Positions 11,494-24,100 of a stretch of 34,835 nucleotides of DNA are shown here, in pieces (position 1 is the first letter of the stretch; each line of letters starts with the position of its first letter). The DNA lies in contig JAUCBJ010006126.1 of the NCBI GenBank assembly GCA_032718475.1, positions 1 to 34,835 of the forward strand, given 5' to 3'. The notes beneath the pieces are model-generated. The model did no database searches and was not told the origin of the DNA. It saw only the letters and a program-made list of their open reading frames with translations. This stretch comes from Nemertoderma westbladi (taxonomy: Eukaryota > Animalia > Xenacoelomorpha). A program made the position numbers and the translations under genes.

Positions 11494-12103
11494 GGTAAAC
11501 CTGATACCTTGTATGTCCGCAATTTGCGTCCTCATGGCCTCTATCTGTCAATACCACTGTCCAGTTGTCTGCTGCCACTGTAATCAATCCTACTGTATTT
11601 GGCCGTCTTTGTATTTTATTATTCCGGATGTTCAGCTAATAATTAATCAAGACTTTTATTCTCTGATACACAATAATCTTCTATCATTGAAAATAATTAA
11701 CATTGAGTTTCTTTAATTTAAGCAAATCCATTTTATTTCCTATTCGGATTAAGAAGATCAAGAATCATCGTACCGGTACCGGTATATAATAAAATGTAGT
11801 GGGATAGGTTGGCATGAGGGGGGGGGGCTGCCCTTAGGGTGGCTGTGGCGTGTCAGTTTGGTGTGACACAAACTGATTCGTTTCTACCCTTCCCTACCCT
11901 AGTTAGTATCTACTTCTATAATCCATTGTGCTCAACTCCCGAGCAACATGGGAAATTATCATCTATTTTTAATCAATCTGCAAAATATTAAGGGAACGCA
12001 ATGTGGCGTAATGAATCGAAATTAAGATAGAAAACTGTTAAATGTTCTAATTTAGTTATCTTATTTAACGAATAAATATAATAATCTGTATTTATTTATG
12101 TAG

Positions 12104-13008
12104 GGGATCCTGGCGAAGCTTCACAGACCGGGGAGATAGAAGAGGAAAATAAGAGTCTAATCTGGACGATAGTGAAACAAGTTCGTCCAGGGATGGATCT
12201 ATCTCGCGTCGTCCTGCCAACCTTTATTCTAGAACGTCGTTCCTTCCTAGACCGTCTCAGCGACTACTACTACCACTCGGACTACCTCGCCACCGTGGCA
12301 ACTGAAGACGACCCGCTGACCCGCATAAAGTTGGTCCTCCGATGGTATCTGTCTGGCTTCTACAAGAAACCCCGCGGCCTCAAGAAGCCCTACAACCCGA
12401 TACTGGGTGAGCGGTTCCGTTGCATGTGGGCCGACCCCGAGACGCACTCGCGGACATTCTACATCGCGGAGCAGGTGAGCCACCACCCCCCGGTCTCTGC
12501 GTTCTACGTGAGCAACCGGAAGGCGGGCTTCGTCGTCCAGGGGACCATCCTCGCTAAGAGTCGGTTCTATGGGAACTCGATATCGGCAATGTTCGATGGA
12601 TCCGCGACCCTCAGTCTGTTACCCCGCGGCGAGGATTACCGTATTACTATGCCCTACGCGTACTGTAAAGGGATACTTTACGGGATGCTCTCGATGGAGC
12701 TCGGCGGCAAGGCGACGGTTCTGTGCGAGAAGACTGGCTACCGCTGCGATTTGGAGTTTAAACTGAAACCTTTTCTCGGCGGCCCCGAAACGTTTAACGT
12801 GATAGCGGGTAAGGTGAAGCTGGGTAAGGAGACCTTGGCTACCGTCTCCGGGCATTGGGATGGAAAGGTCTACGTTACGGATAAGTCGACCAATGAGGAG
12901 ATGTTGTTATGGGAGCCCAGCGCGGAGGCGAAGTCGCGTCGATTGCGGCGATATCTGATACCGGTGGACGAGCAAAGCGAGTGGGAGTCAGAGCGATTGT
13001 GGATGAAG
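12104..13008 (+). CDS. OSBPL8: OSBPL8/ORP5-like coding exon 2 (ORD lipid-binding domain)
   Basis: Acceptor tttatgtag|GG is phase compatible. Motifs EENKSLIWTIVKQVRPGMDLSRVVLPTFILE, KKPYNPILGE and the signature EQVSHHPP. Donor AAG|GTTAGT at 13009 (phase 0). Confidence 0.96.
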
Positions 13009-14302
13009 GTTAGTGGGTGGGTGGATGTATGAGAGGAATTAATGAATATGGGAGAGTCTTTTAGGCTCGTTAAGCCAAGGAATGCCTGTTCACCACCGTT
13101 AATGATCCTAAATTCGTGTTTCGTGACGGGACAGAATTTAGAAACATAACACCCCACAAATTGACTGACTCTAATCTTCTGGCCCTTTTTATTTTGAATA
13201 ATAGCCATATACTTTATCCAAAAAGTAAAACTGATCCAAATTTCCATTCATATTTTAAAAAGTATCGTAATTTAAAAACATTTACTCGCGTGACGGGACG
13301 GAAAAAATGACAGGATAATGAAAGGCCATCAATATTATTTATATTTTGTAGTTTTGAATTTTATTTGAAAATTTAATTATTTATGGAGATTAGAAATTTA
13401 TTACCTTTTAGATAATTCAGCTGCTTTTATTGATTTGGTGCGAATTAAATGCCAATCAAATAGTCAATACCTATAATACAACACCGTTACCACTCCACAG
13501 CCTTCTCGTGCCGTGAACTGAAATTATTTTTAACTGGAACCTAAGTAAACAGCCTCATTCAAACTGAAACTATAACCGAAACTGATACTATTTTTTTGGG
13601 AAACTGGAACTGTAATCCAATAAACAGGTTTTTTTGAACTGAAACTGAAAGTAGTAAGATATTGTTTCAGTTCGCAGCAATGCCTCTGCCAGCCACCAAC
13701 AGCAACAAAGTGCAAACATCCTGCGATGTGATCCAATGTTTTTAACAAACAAACATGGGCTACAAAATTTAATTTAATTTGGCCTACCTAGCTGTTGATT
13801 TTGCCGAGATATAGGCCTATTGACATTCAAAAATTGATCCAGACATATGGACAGACAGACAGATGAACAGATGGACAAGGTAAATATTTCCCGTACTAAA
13901 ACTGTATGTTAACTTCTCTCAATACTCTCAGACATCGTTGCTCCGTTGACTAGTAAAATATATTAAGTAAAATAGGAATTCCACGAACTCGTCGCCCGTG
14001 ACGGGACCGAAATAATATAAAATTCCGTCCCGCCACGAACATGTTATGCAGTGTCCAGTCCAAAACTACTTAACCATTGAGGCTCTAACTTGCTGAATAT
14101 ATACTACATATGTTGTTTCAGAACTTTGTACAGTTTCATATAAATTAAGTCTTTCATAGAAATGTAGCATTAATAATATTCAACGAAATAGTGACGGGAC
14201 GGAAAATTACACTTTGTTTTATAATTTACAACCATCTACAATGAAATTGTTTCAAACAGTATTATACACCACAATGGACAACTTACTAGTGTACTAAGTT
14301 AA

Positions 14303-16241
14303 GGGGGGGGGGGGGGGTATAGTAATTTTACAACGATTTGGTGGGTTTATGTATTTAGCGTGTAACTTTTGAAGATATGAATGGTTTTTCTTGAATATAG
14401 TCCCATTTCAAAGCTAAAAGATGGGTCATTAACTTAACAAAAAAAAATCCACAATAATTAACGTAATTATGCATAAATTAACATAATTAATGAGGACAAA
14501 TTACGAAACAGTAGAAACACGATTTCTCATTTAGTTCTCAATGGATTTTTAAAATTATTTTTTTGTTTTAATGAGAATTATACCCGCATCAAAGTGAACG
14601 AGCAGAATTTTTCTAGAAATTTTCGATGAAAAATTCCGAAATTTTGGGAAAAAGTCACCATAACTTTTTTCTAATAATTTTCAAAATTATGTTCGTTCAA
14701 TTTATTGCACAGTTTCTGAGCATTCCAAAACAAAAAACAGATTCAAAATCGATTCACAAATGGTGGAGAAAAAGTGTTTCCCATTTTTGAATATGTTCAA
14801 AGAATCGTTTTGAGTGAAATCGCTTTAAAGTTCGGTTATAATAATTCAAACCTTCCCGCCATTTTAGTAATATGGATTTTTTTCCCTTTTCCTTTGTGTA
14901 GTATTTTTCGAATCAATCTTTGGTGCCAATTTTGTACCTAATAAAAGTAACAAACAAAAACAAATTGGCAACATAACAAAATTGATGTTAACAATATATA
15001 GCAGGATGAAAGAAAGCCTTCGCGCAGCACGAGAAATTAAGTGAAGCTTTATTTATAGAACAAATATTACTTTTTTATTAGAATATTAGAATTTTACACA
15101 TATGACTAACATGAAACTTGAATTTAAGACTAATACAAAACAAAATAAGTTACTAGAGATCAGTTAAATGAACTGAAATCAGTTACTAGAGGATAGATGT
15201 AAACTTTTTATTACTATTAAGAAAAGTTAACTTTTCCCCACTATGGAATATAACGCTACTTTTCATATTTTAGTTTTCACAAGTTTTCACTTATACAACA
15301 ATTTTTCTGTTAGGGTTTTCCTGGATGGTGATTTTCATTTCCAATGACAGTTTTTTTCGTTTGATGACAGCCAAACTGTATGTTTGGTTATCTGACTGTC
15401 AGTAATATTTTGACAGACTGACTGACAGACCGACATCCACAAATACAGACACGGCGTCGTCAAATGTAAAAACTGACTTCAGAAATGAAATCTCTTACCA
15501 AGAAAACCCTTATAACGGAAATTTTAGCTGGGTTGCGCCGGCTTATCGACAAAATTGCACCGCCACAACTCCTTATCACCCATGACATTTGCTAGATCAT
15601 CCGCATCTTCAAGGCCAGTGTCCTTTAAGATGCGTCTCAAGAAAGTCATGGGCTGTCCCCCATGCTTATTCACTCCATGAGGCTGCCAAATTACAAGATT
15701 ATGCACTGGGTGGTCCTCACGGCGAAAGCAATGTCCTGCAAAGCGGAGGCGATTTCGTTCTAGTGTCAAGCTTGGGGGAACCAATGAGACACCTCCAATG
15801 TTATATAGTGTCTGGTTGGAGATGTGTGCATTGTACTTGACACAATGAACCCGGCGTAGCATTCTTGTGAATGTGCCATCCAGAGATTTGGTGTCCTCAG
15901 CAGTTAGAGCCCAGCATGGACTCCCATAGAAGAGTACTGGAACTACTGCTGCTCTAAATAATCGGACCTTAAGTTTCCGATTAATTCTCGGTGACTTCCA
16001 AATCCTGGAAAGCCTATTCAAGGCTGCCCATGCCTTTCCCTTACGTATTCAAATTTTGATCAGACAGACCGACATACCGCTAGAAAATCCACCACAACTC
16101 GAGAAGTTAAATAGATCTCGCCAAGCCGTTTTCAGATTTAAAATCCTAATAAGATTCTGCTCTTGATGAAATTTAAAAAAAAAATCAAATTTTTTGACCA
16201 AAATTACTATACCCCACCCCCCCCCCCCCCCCCCACCCCCC
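14303..16241. mobile_element. Kolobok-like TIR element
   Basis: TTAA on both sides (14299-14302 and 16242-16245). Termini are poly-G-TATAGTAATTT and AAATTACTATA-poly-C. Confidence 0.7.
15524..16050 (-). pseudogene. 5'-truncated RTE-type LINE fragment (C-terminus of RT ORF)
   Basis: IRKGKAWAALNRLSRIWKS..KLKVRLFRAAVVPVLFYG..W..DGTFTRMLRR..RLRFAGHC, flanked by a possible 7-bp duplication AAATTTT (15519-15525 and 16051-16057). Confidence 0.85.
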
Positions 16242-16483
16242 TTAACATAACATTGAATTAAAATTAATTTCAAGACTGAGATTTTTCAGAAAATATGATT
16301 CCGTCCCGTCACGATAATTTCTTGCCATTCTCATCTAAAAGAGTGGAATTTTTCAAAAACGGTAACTCAATTAATCACTATTGAATCCATAAAATACAAT
16401 GATGTGCTGGTACAAAAATAAAGTCAGATATTAATTAGCTATTAAAAAAATTTACCCCGGAGTTGACTAATTTAGGATCATTA

Positions 16484-19400
16484 CCCACCATGGCTGATCT
16501 TCCACAGTAAACACTTCCACTATGTTTCCTAAATGAATGACTGTTTACCACCATGAGTGATCTTCCACAGTAAACCCTTCCACTCTGTTTCTTAAAGGAA
16601 TGCCTGTTCATCACCATGGTTGATCTTCCACAGTAAACCCTTCCACTCTGTTTCCTAAAGGAATGCCTGTTCACCACCGTGGGTGATCTTCCACAGTAAA
16701 CCATTCCACTCTGTTTCCTAAAGGAATTCCTGTTCACCACCATGAGTGATCTTCCACAGTAAACCCTTCCACTCTGTTTCTTAAAGGAATGCCTCTTCAC
16801 CACCATGGGTGATCTTCCACAGTAAACCCTTCCACTCTGTTTCCTAAAGGAATGCCTGTTCACCACCATGGGTGATCCTCCACAGTAAACCCTTCCACTC
16901 TGTTTCCTAAAGGAAGGCCTGTTCACCACCATGAGTGATCTTCCACAGTAAACCCTTCCACTCTGTTTCCTAAAGGAATTCCTGTTCATCTCCATGGCTG
17001 ATCTTCCACAGTAAACCCTTCCACTCTGTTTCCTAAAGGAATGCCTGTTCACCACCATGAGTGATCTTCCACAGTAAACCCTTCCACTCTGTTTCCTAAA
17101 GGAATTCCTGTTCATCTCCATGGCTGATCTTCCACAGTAAACCCTTCCACTCTGTTTCCTAAAGGAATGCCTGTTCACCACCATGAGTGATCTTCCACAG
17201 TAAACCCTTCCACTCTGTTTCCTAGAGGAATTCCTGTTCATCTCCATGGCTGATCTTCCACAGTAAACCCTTCCACTCTGTTTCCTAAAGGAATGCCTGT
17301 TCACCACCGTGAGTGATCTTCCACAGTAAACCCTTCCACTCTGTTTCCTAAAGGAATTCCTGTTCATCACCATGGTTGATCTTCCACAGTAAACCCTTCC
17401 ACTCGGTTTCCTAAAGGAATTCCTGTTCACCACCATGGGTGATCTTCCACAGTAAACCCTTCCATTATGTTTGCTAAAGGAATGCATGTTCACCACCATG
17501 GGTGATCTTCCACAGTAAACCCTTCCATTCTGTTTCCTAAAGAAATTCCTGTTCACCACCATGGGCGATCTTCCACAGTAAACCCTTCCATTATGTTTGC
17601 TAAAGGAATGCATGTTCGCCACCATGGGTGATCTTCCACAGTAAACCCTTCCACTCTGTTTCCTAAAGGAATGCCTGTTCACCACCATGGGTGATCTTCC
17701 ACAGTAAACCCTTCCAGTCTGTTTCCTAAAGGAATTCCTGTTCATCACCATGGCTGATCTTCCACAGTAAATCCTTCCACTCTGTTTCCTAAAGGAATGC
17801 CTGTTCACCACCATGGGTGATTTTCCACAGTAAACCCTTCCATTATGTTTCCTAAAGGAATGCCTGCTCACCACCATGGGTGATCTTCCACAGTAAACCC
17901 TTCCACTCTTGTTTCCTAAAGGAATGCCTGTTCACCACCATGGGTGATCTTCTACAGTAAACCCTTCCATTCTGTTTCCTAAAGGAATGCCTGTTCACCA
18001 CTATGGGTGATCTTCCTCAGTAAACCCTTCCATTCTGTTTCCTAAAGGAATGCCTGTTCACCACCATGGGTGATCTTCCACAGTAAATCCTTCCACTATG
18101 TTTCCTAAAGGAATGCCTGTTCACCACCATGGCTGATCTTCCACAGTAAATCCTTCCACTCTGTTTCCTAAAGGAATGCCTGTTCACCACCCCACCATGG
18201 CTGATCTTCCACAGTAAACCCTTCCATTATGTTTCCTAAAGGAATGCCTGTTCAGGGTTCACCACCATGGGTGATCTTCCACAGTAAACCCTTCCACTCT
18301 TGTTTCCTAAAGGAATGCCTGTTCACCACCATGGGTGATCTTCCACAGTAAACCCTTCCATTATGTTTCCTAAAGGAATTCCTGTTCATCACCATGGTTG
18401 ATCTTCCACAGTAAACCCTTCCACTCGGTTTCCTAAAGGAATTCCTGTTCACCACCATGGGTGATCTTCCACAGTAAACCCTTCCATTATGTTTGCTAAA
18501 GGAATGCATGTTCACCACCATGGGTGATCTTCCACAGTAAACACTTCCATTCTGTTTCCTAAAGGAATTCCTGTTCACCACCATGGGCGATCTTCCACAG
18601 TAAACCCTTCCATTATGTTTGCTAAAGGAATGCATGTTCGCCACCATGGGTGATCTTCCACAGTAAACCCTTCCACTCTGTTTCCTAAAGGAATGCCTGT
18701 TCACCACCATGGGTGATCTTCCACAGTAAACCCTTCCAGTCTGTTTCCTAAAGGAATTCCTGTTCATCACCATGGCTGATCTTCCACAGTAAATCCTTCC
18801 ACTCTGTTTCCTAAAGGAATGCCTGTTCACCACCATGGGTGATATTCCACAGTAAACCCTTCCATTATGTTTCCTAAAGGAATGCCTGCTCACCACCATG
18901 GGTGATCTTCCACAGTAAACCCTTCCACTCTTGTTTCCTAAAGGAATGCCTGTTCACCACCATGGGTGATCTTCTACAGTAAACCCTTCCATTCTGTTTC
19001 CTAAAGGAATGCCTGTTCACCACTATGGGTGATCTTCCACAGTAAACCCTTCCATTCTGTTTCCTAAAGGAATGCCTGTTCACCACCATGGGTGATCTTC
19101 CACAGTAAATCCTTCCACTATGTTTCCTAAAGGAATGCCTGTTCACCACCATGGCAGATCTTCCACAGTAAATCCTTCCACTCTGTTTCCTAAAGGAATG
19201 CCTGTTCACCACCCCACCATGGCTGATCTTCCACAGTAAACCCTTCCATTATGTTTCCTAAAGGAATGCCTGTTCAGGGTTCACCACCATGGGTGATCTT
19301 CCACAGTAAACCCTTCCACTCTTGTTTCCTAAAGGAATGCCTGTTCACCACCATGGGTGATCTTCCACAGTAAACCCTTCCACTCTGTTTCCTAAAGGAT

Positions 19401-19788
19401 TACCTGTTCACCACCATGGGTGATCTTCCACAGTAAATCCTTCCATTCTGTTTCCTAAAGGAATGCCTGTTCACCACCCCACCATGGCTGATCTTCCACA
19501 GTAAACCCTTCCATTATGTTTCCTAAAGGAATGCCTGTTCACCACCATGGGTGATCTTCCACAGTAAACCCTTCCACTCTTGTTTCCTAAAGGAATGCCT
19601 ATTCACCACCATGGGTGTTCTTCCACGGTAAACCCTTCCACTCTGTTTCCTAAAGGAATACCTGTTCACCACCATGGGTGATCTTCCACAGTAAACACGT
19701 CCACTCTGTTTCCTAAAGGAATTCCTGTTCACCACAATGGGTGATCTTCCACAGTAAACCCTTCCACTCTGTTTCATAAAGGAATTCC
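16484..19788. repeat. 60-bp tandem satellite, about 55 copies
   Basis: Consensus caccaccatgggtgatcttccacagtaaacccttccactctgtttcctaaaggaatgcctgtt, directly visible. Confidence 0.98.
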
Positions 19789-20541
19789 CATTTATCCCCA
19801 TTAACCAGTCAAGGATGAAAGCCAAGGTTGGGCTAGGCTGCAGCATTTATGGCATTGTGCCCAAACAGTGCGGCCCCATCTGGGGATCGAACCAGGGCTT
19901 CCTAATTGGAAGCCCAGGAGTTTCATAGCTAGACCAAGCTTCTGCTTGGTCTAGTGAGAAGTTTGTATGAGAGGAATGTATTACTCTAAAGATTTGTATT
20001 TACAATTATTTACATAATGTTAACTGAATTCTTTACATCTATAGTTTGTAAACGAAAAATCATTATAATTTTTTTTTTATTTATAAACAAATAAACATAA
20101 TGAAACACTAACTTTTATAAGCTGCTGTCAAAGACTACTCTACTACAATATACAATGTAAATAAGACAATGGGCTGTTGTTTATATCTACTTTATAGGGT
20201 TGTTTTACTGGAATCAATACTTAAATATTTCATCTGTGCTGTTACAACCCCCCACCCCCCTCCCGTACCGGTAGATTAATGGTTTTACTGAAGAATGACA
20301 AAAATATCGGTAATTGCAATTTCATGTTTTCATGTTGACATTTGTGCAACATTTCATGTTGATGTAATTTATTTTAATTTTTGTGAACTTTGATGTTTTG
20401 TTATAATTATATTTGGTTATTATATTATATAATATTTGGCTACATTAAAACCGGTAACCTTCCCTCCTAAACAGACTGTTTGACTTGTGTTATTTTATTT
20501 ACTACGATACTTTTTTTCATCGTATATTTTCCCACCTTTAG

Positions 20542-21192
20542 GTTTCTGAAGCGATCAGTCGTTGCGACCAGGTCGCCGCTACCGACGAGAAGTTTGTGTT
20601 GGAAGACAGACAGCGCCAAGAAGCGCGGGACCGCAAAGCGCGCCGAATCGAGTGGCAGCCGCAGTACTTTATGCCGGAGTCTGGCGGCGGCGGCAGCGGC
20701 GGCTGCATGTGGGTCTACCGGCATCAGGACGTCCGACCCTGGGATATGGTCAACGACATGTTTCAGTTTGAGTACGCCGGGGTCATTCAGACTAAGACGC
20801 GCCACCGCAGTACGCCACTGGTGCGCGCCACTTCCATAGCCTCGGTGGCGCAGCTGCCCGATCTGTCGAGTCTCCGACGGCAGGGAAGTAAACCGGCGAC
20901 TCGCGAGTCGTCCAGCCGTCCCGTGGATACGGACAGCTCGCAGGACGAGAGTCACTCGATCACGGACGCAGACACCGCGACGCCAGTGCACGGGCGCCCC
21001 CTAGCGGCCGCCAACGTGTCCCGAGTCGAGGAGCTCCTACAAGCGAACTGCAACCAGATCGCACATCTCATAGAAACTCAACGCCGTCGCGATGAGAACA
21101 ACCACTACCGGGATTACTGCCTCGTCATCATTCTCGTTTTCGTTCAGGCCGTAATGACCTACCTAGCCGGCCACGGTAACAGCTCCTCTTAA
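20542..21192 (+). CDS. OSBPL8: OSBPL8/ORP5-like coding exon 3 (ORD end and C-terminal ER transmembrane anchor)
   Basis: Acceptor cccacctttag|GTT (phase 0). Motifs VSEAISRCDQVAATDEKFVLEDRQRQEARDRK and RPWD..D..QFE..GVIQT, then a hydrophobic tail YCLVIILVFVQAVMTYL and TAA. Confidence 0.93.
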   Translation, partial: VSEAISRCDQVAATDEKFVLEDRQRQEARDRKARRIEWQPQYFMPESGGGGSGGCMWVYRHQDVRPWDMVNDMFQFEYAGVIQTKTRHRSTPLVRATSIASVAQLPDLSSLRRQGSKPATRESSSRPVDTDSSQDESHSITDADTATPVHGRPLAAANVSRVEELLQANCNQIAHLIETQRRRDENNHYRDYCLVIILVFVQAVMTYLAGHGNSSS

Positions 21193-24100
21193 AATATCAA
21201 AAAGTTAAACATCGGAACAACCTGGATTAATCCAAAATTGATGATCAAACTTTTTAAGTTATAATAACTGGGTGGTAAGTCGGTCATATTATAATACTTT
21301 CATTTATTTTTAAATGGAACATTAACTCCTTCAATAGAAAAGCCTTTATTATAAATAAACAACAATTTTATTTTATTTACAAGGATTCGCTATTATTCTA
21401 AATCTTAATATTACATTTTAATATTTCCAAAATGTTCTACACCATCTCCCTTAAACACTCAACTAAATTATAATTAATATTCTAGAATTGAGTAAAAAAA
21501 ACATTTGAATTTTATCGATTTACGTGTCAAAATTTTCACCTTAGTTTTTTGATAATATATTTTTTTTGGTAAAATTTTAAACGGTTTTCAGATTCGGTAT
21601 CAGCAGATGAAGGCGGTTCCAATGATATCTAGAGTACATTACAAAGCCGAGAAATATAGCTGACGGAGGTGGCTAAAGTTTACCAAATATAAGGTTTTAA
21701 CGGCTTGTTGTATTGAAATGGTGAATTTGTTGGTTCTAGAATACTCAAAATGTATTCAATCGGAGTTCACCTACATTATTTTATAAATATTATAATTGAT
21801 GAACTGAACATGTAAATCATAAAATAATAATGTAATTATTATCTTTACAGTAATGTTCCATTTAAAATCAAACCGTAATGTTACTTGTAAAATAACGTTG
21901 AGCATATTTTAAATATGCAATGGGGTAACATAAAGTCATACATTATATTATAATAATAATATGATACACCTCCAGGCGGGGTAAAAAGTGAATTATACGG
22001 AAACTTGGTTAACAGTTGTGGCTTATTGCGGCATTCGCATGATGTTATCGACACCTTTTTTAGGATATTATCCTTTTTTTTTACAAAAGCGAATCATTAG
22101 ATCTTCATTTTGACACAAACATATTCTCTCTAGGTCGCTAATTCGAGATTTTCATGCTGTCGATTGATTGAATTCCAAAGTTTCTATCGTATTTATCAGT
22201 AATTCATTGTCATTGTAGCTTTATTAGCAGTATATATCGTATTAATGTGTAATATTTGGTGCAGATGCTTTAATTTATTTATGAGAATTCAGTGTTTGTT
22301 TATTATATCCGTTCTGTAATGACAGCTGATATTCTCCCCGTGAACTGTATCACTTATAAATATATTGTTTGACGGCGGAAACAGTAATTATTAATTAATA
22401 GCTCGTTATATATTCCTGAAATATTAAACCAACACAAATATGACTCTATATGTCTAATATAAATACATAATAATAATAATATCGGTGTCATTTTAGTTAC
22501 TTTAATAAATTATTTGTCGATTGAATTTCTCCTCCACGATTCAACCTTTATTGTTATTGCTCCAGTTTCAATGTAAGCTAACCAATTCTACTGCGGCATT
22601 GGTTTGGTTGTTTATATAGTTCGCGTACAGTTGGGTGTTTGTAGTTCCCTACCCTTAGTATTTTTCTTACGGATACGGTTGCACACGTGGTTAACTTGTA
22701 GTTTTGTATTTCCTTAACCAATTCAGTAAAGTTTAACAGTAATTAATTTATCCAACAGTGCTCATCGTGATTAATTACCAATATACGGACACAATTAGTA
22801 GTACAGAGGGGGAGGGGAGGGGGAGGGGGGGGGGGGGGGGTTTGACGCAAATCCCATCTTGGCGAATTAATATCCCGCCTCAATGTTAAATTCTCAATTA
22901 AGGAAAAGGAGCAGGTTACAGTGGCACGTTATTCTAACCAAAACACTAAACGAAAGTCAATATAACAGGTTACAGTTATATTTTTGGGGGTAATCAGCTG
23001 TTATTTGCGTCGATATTCCCCGGATAGGAGTGAATTTTGATTGCCCCGAAAGTTCCCCCTATCTGTTTTTTAGATACCAGTGGACGTATATATTTGTGTA
23101 ATAAGTATTACTGCAACAAATTATTGCTGCTTTCTCGTGCTATATATCTTTATTTGACATATAATTAATTATCTTTTATGTTCAATATTTACTAATAATT
23201 ACAGCTCCACAACTCAAAGCGGTGTTTATAGTTATATATACAATAATAATTTAATCTGCAGTAACAAAGCTTTAATTTTATTTATAAACATATTTAATTA
23301 CATTTTAATATTTATTATTCTTTCATATGATTTGAACGAGTTTGGTTTAGGTTCAGCGCAACGATTGAATTGCCACTTATTTTATAACTGATAATGACAA
23401 TTTGTATTTCAGCTTTATATATTTAATTTTCACTGTTTCTCATTTTAAGTCAAATCTAGGTTGAAATGTTTTTAAGTTTCATTTCATTGCCTAAATTAAT
23501 AGCTATACTAGTGTAAAGTTTAAGTGATTTAGATCTAGAAATACATTAGTTATATTTTCACTTTTTAAACTAATTTGTGATCCATTACTCGTGGCAGGTC
23601 CAGTTCTTTTTTATTTAAAACCTACAAACAAAGATGATATACCAAACTTCAACAAATTTCACTCAAATTTTAATTTTTTCAGGATTTTCTAATAAAATTA
23701 TATTATTCAAAGCAAATTTTAAAATTTTCTTAAAGTTATTTCCATATGATTTTGTTCAGAAATATAAAAAATGAGTTTTTATTTTAAGCACATCTTGTTA
23801 AAGAATCATTATTACAGTTGCATTGTCAGCTCAATTAAAATTCATTTTATATTTTTTAAACAGATAAATATTTAATTCAACAATTAATGAGATTATTTTG
23901 GACATAAACGTAATATAAAATTATTCAGATTTTTCAATTTCCAAAATACAAAATCAGAAAATTAATAACAACATTGCTGATTGCTCTATCGACAACAAAC
24001 CTCCACAATATCCACTACCTTATTGTTGTCGGGAGTTATAATATGCTGAACCAGTTTATTTAAACAAACAAAACTATCGATCTAACAAAAAATTTATTGA

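Larger units (their letters stand above)
13100..16483. mobile_element. hAT-like non-autonomous element inserted in the first satellite unit
   Basis: 15-bp TIR TAATGATCCTAAATT with a degenerate 8-bp TSD (accaccgt / cccaccat, 6 of 8). Recurrent GTGACGGGAC(GGAA) motifs at about 13123, 13290, 13998 and 14191, and inverted at about 14024 and 16299. Confidence 0.75.
13040..19963 (-). mobile_element. tRNA-derived SINE, expanded by internal tandem amplification and nested insertions
   Basis: 14-bp direct repeat TGTATGAGAGGAAT at 13026-13039 and 19964-19977. The minus-strand head has tggtctagctatg (A box) and ggttcgatcc (B box) at about 19880-19943. The body runs directly into the 60-bp array, and a partial array unit reappears at 13078-13099. 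Confidence 0.78.

Noticed and set aside
11425-11495. Functional tRNA-Gly gene
   Set aside because: The acceptor stem does not pair, so it is better explained as a SINE head or pseudogene.
16484-19788. CRISPR array
   Set aside because: It is a pure tandem repeat with no spacers.
16435-19846. Long minus-strand ORFs (480, 215, 112 and 107 aa) with 20-aa repeats
   Set aside because: They arise because the 60-bp unit is stop-free in one frame. They are broken by indels and lie within an intronic SINE-derived array.
22806-22840. G-rich tract as a functional G-quadruplex
   Set aside because: Poly-G/C runs are common across this window and are often part of TE ends.
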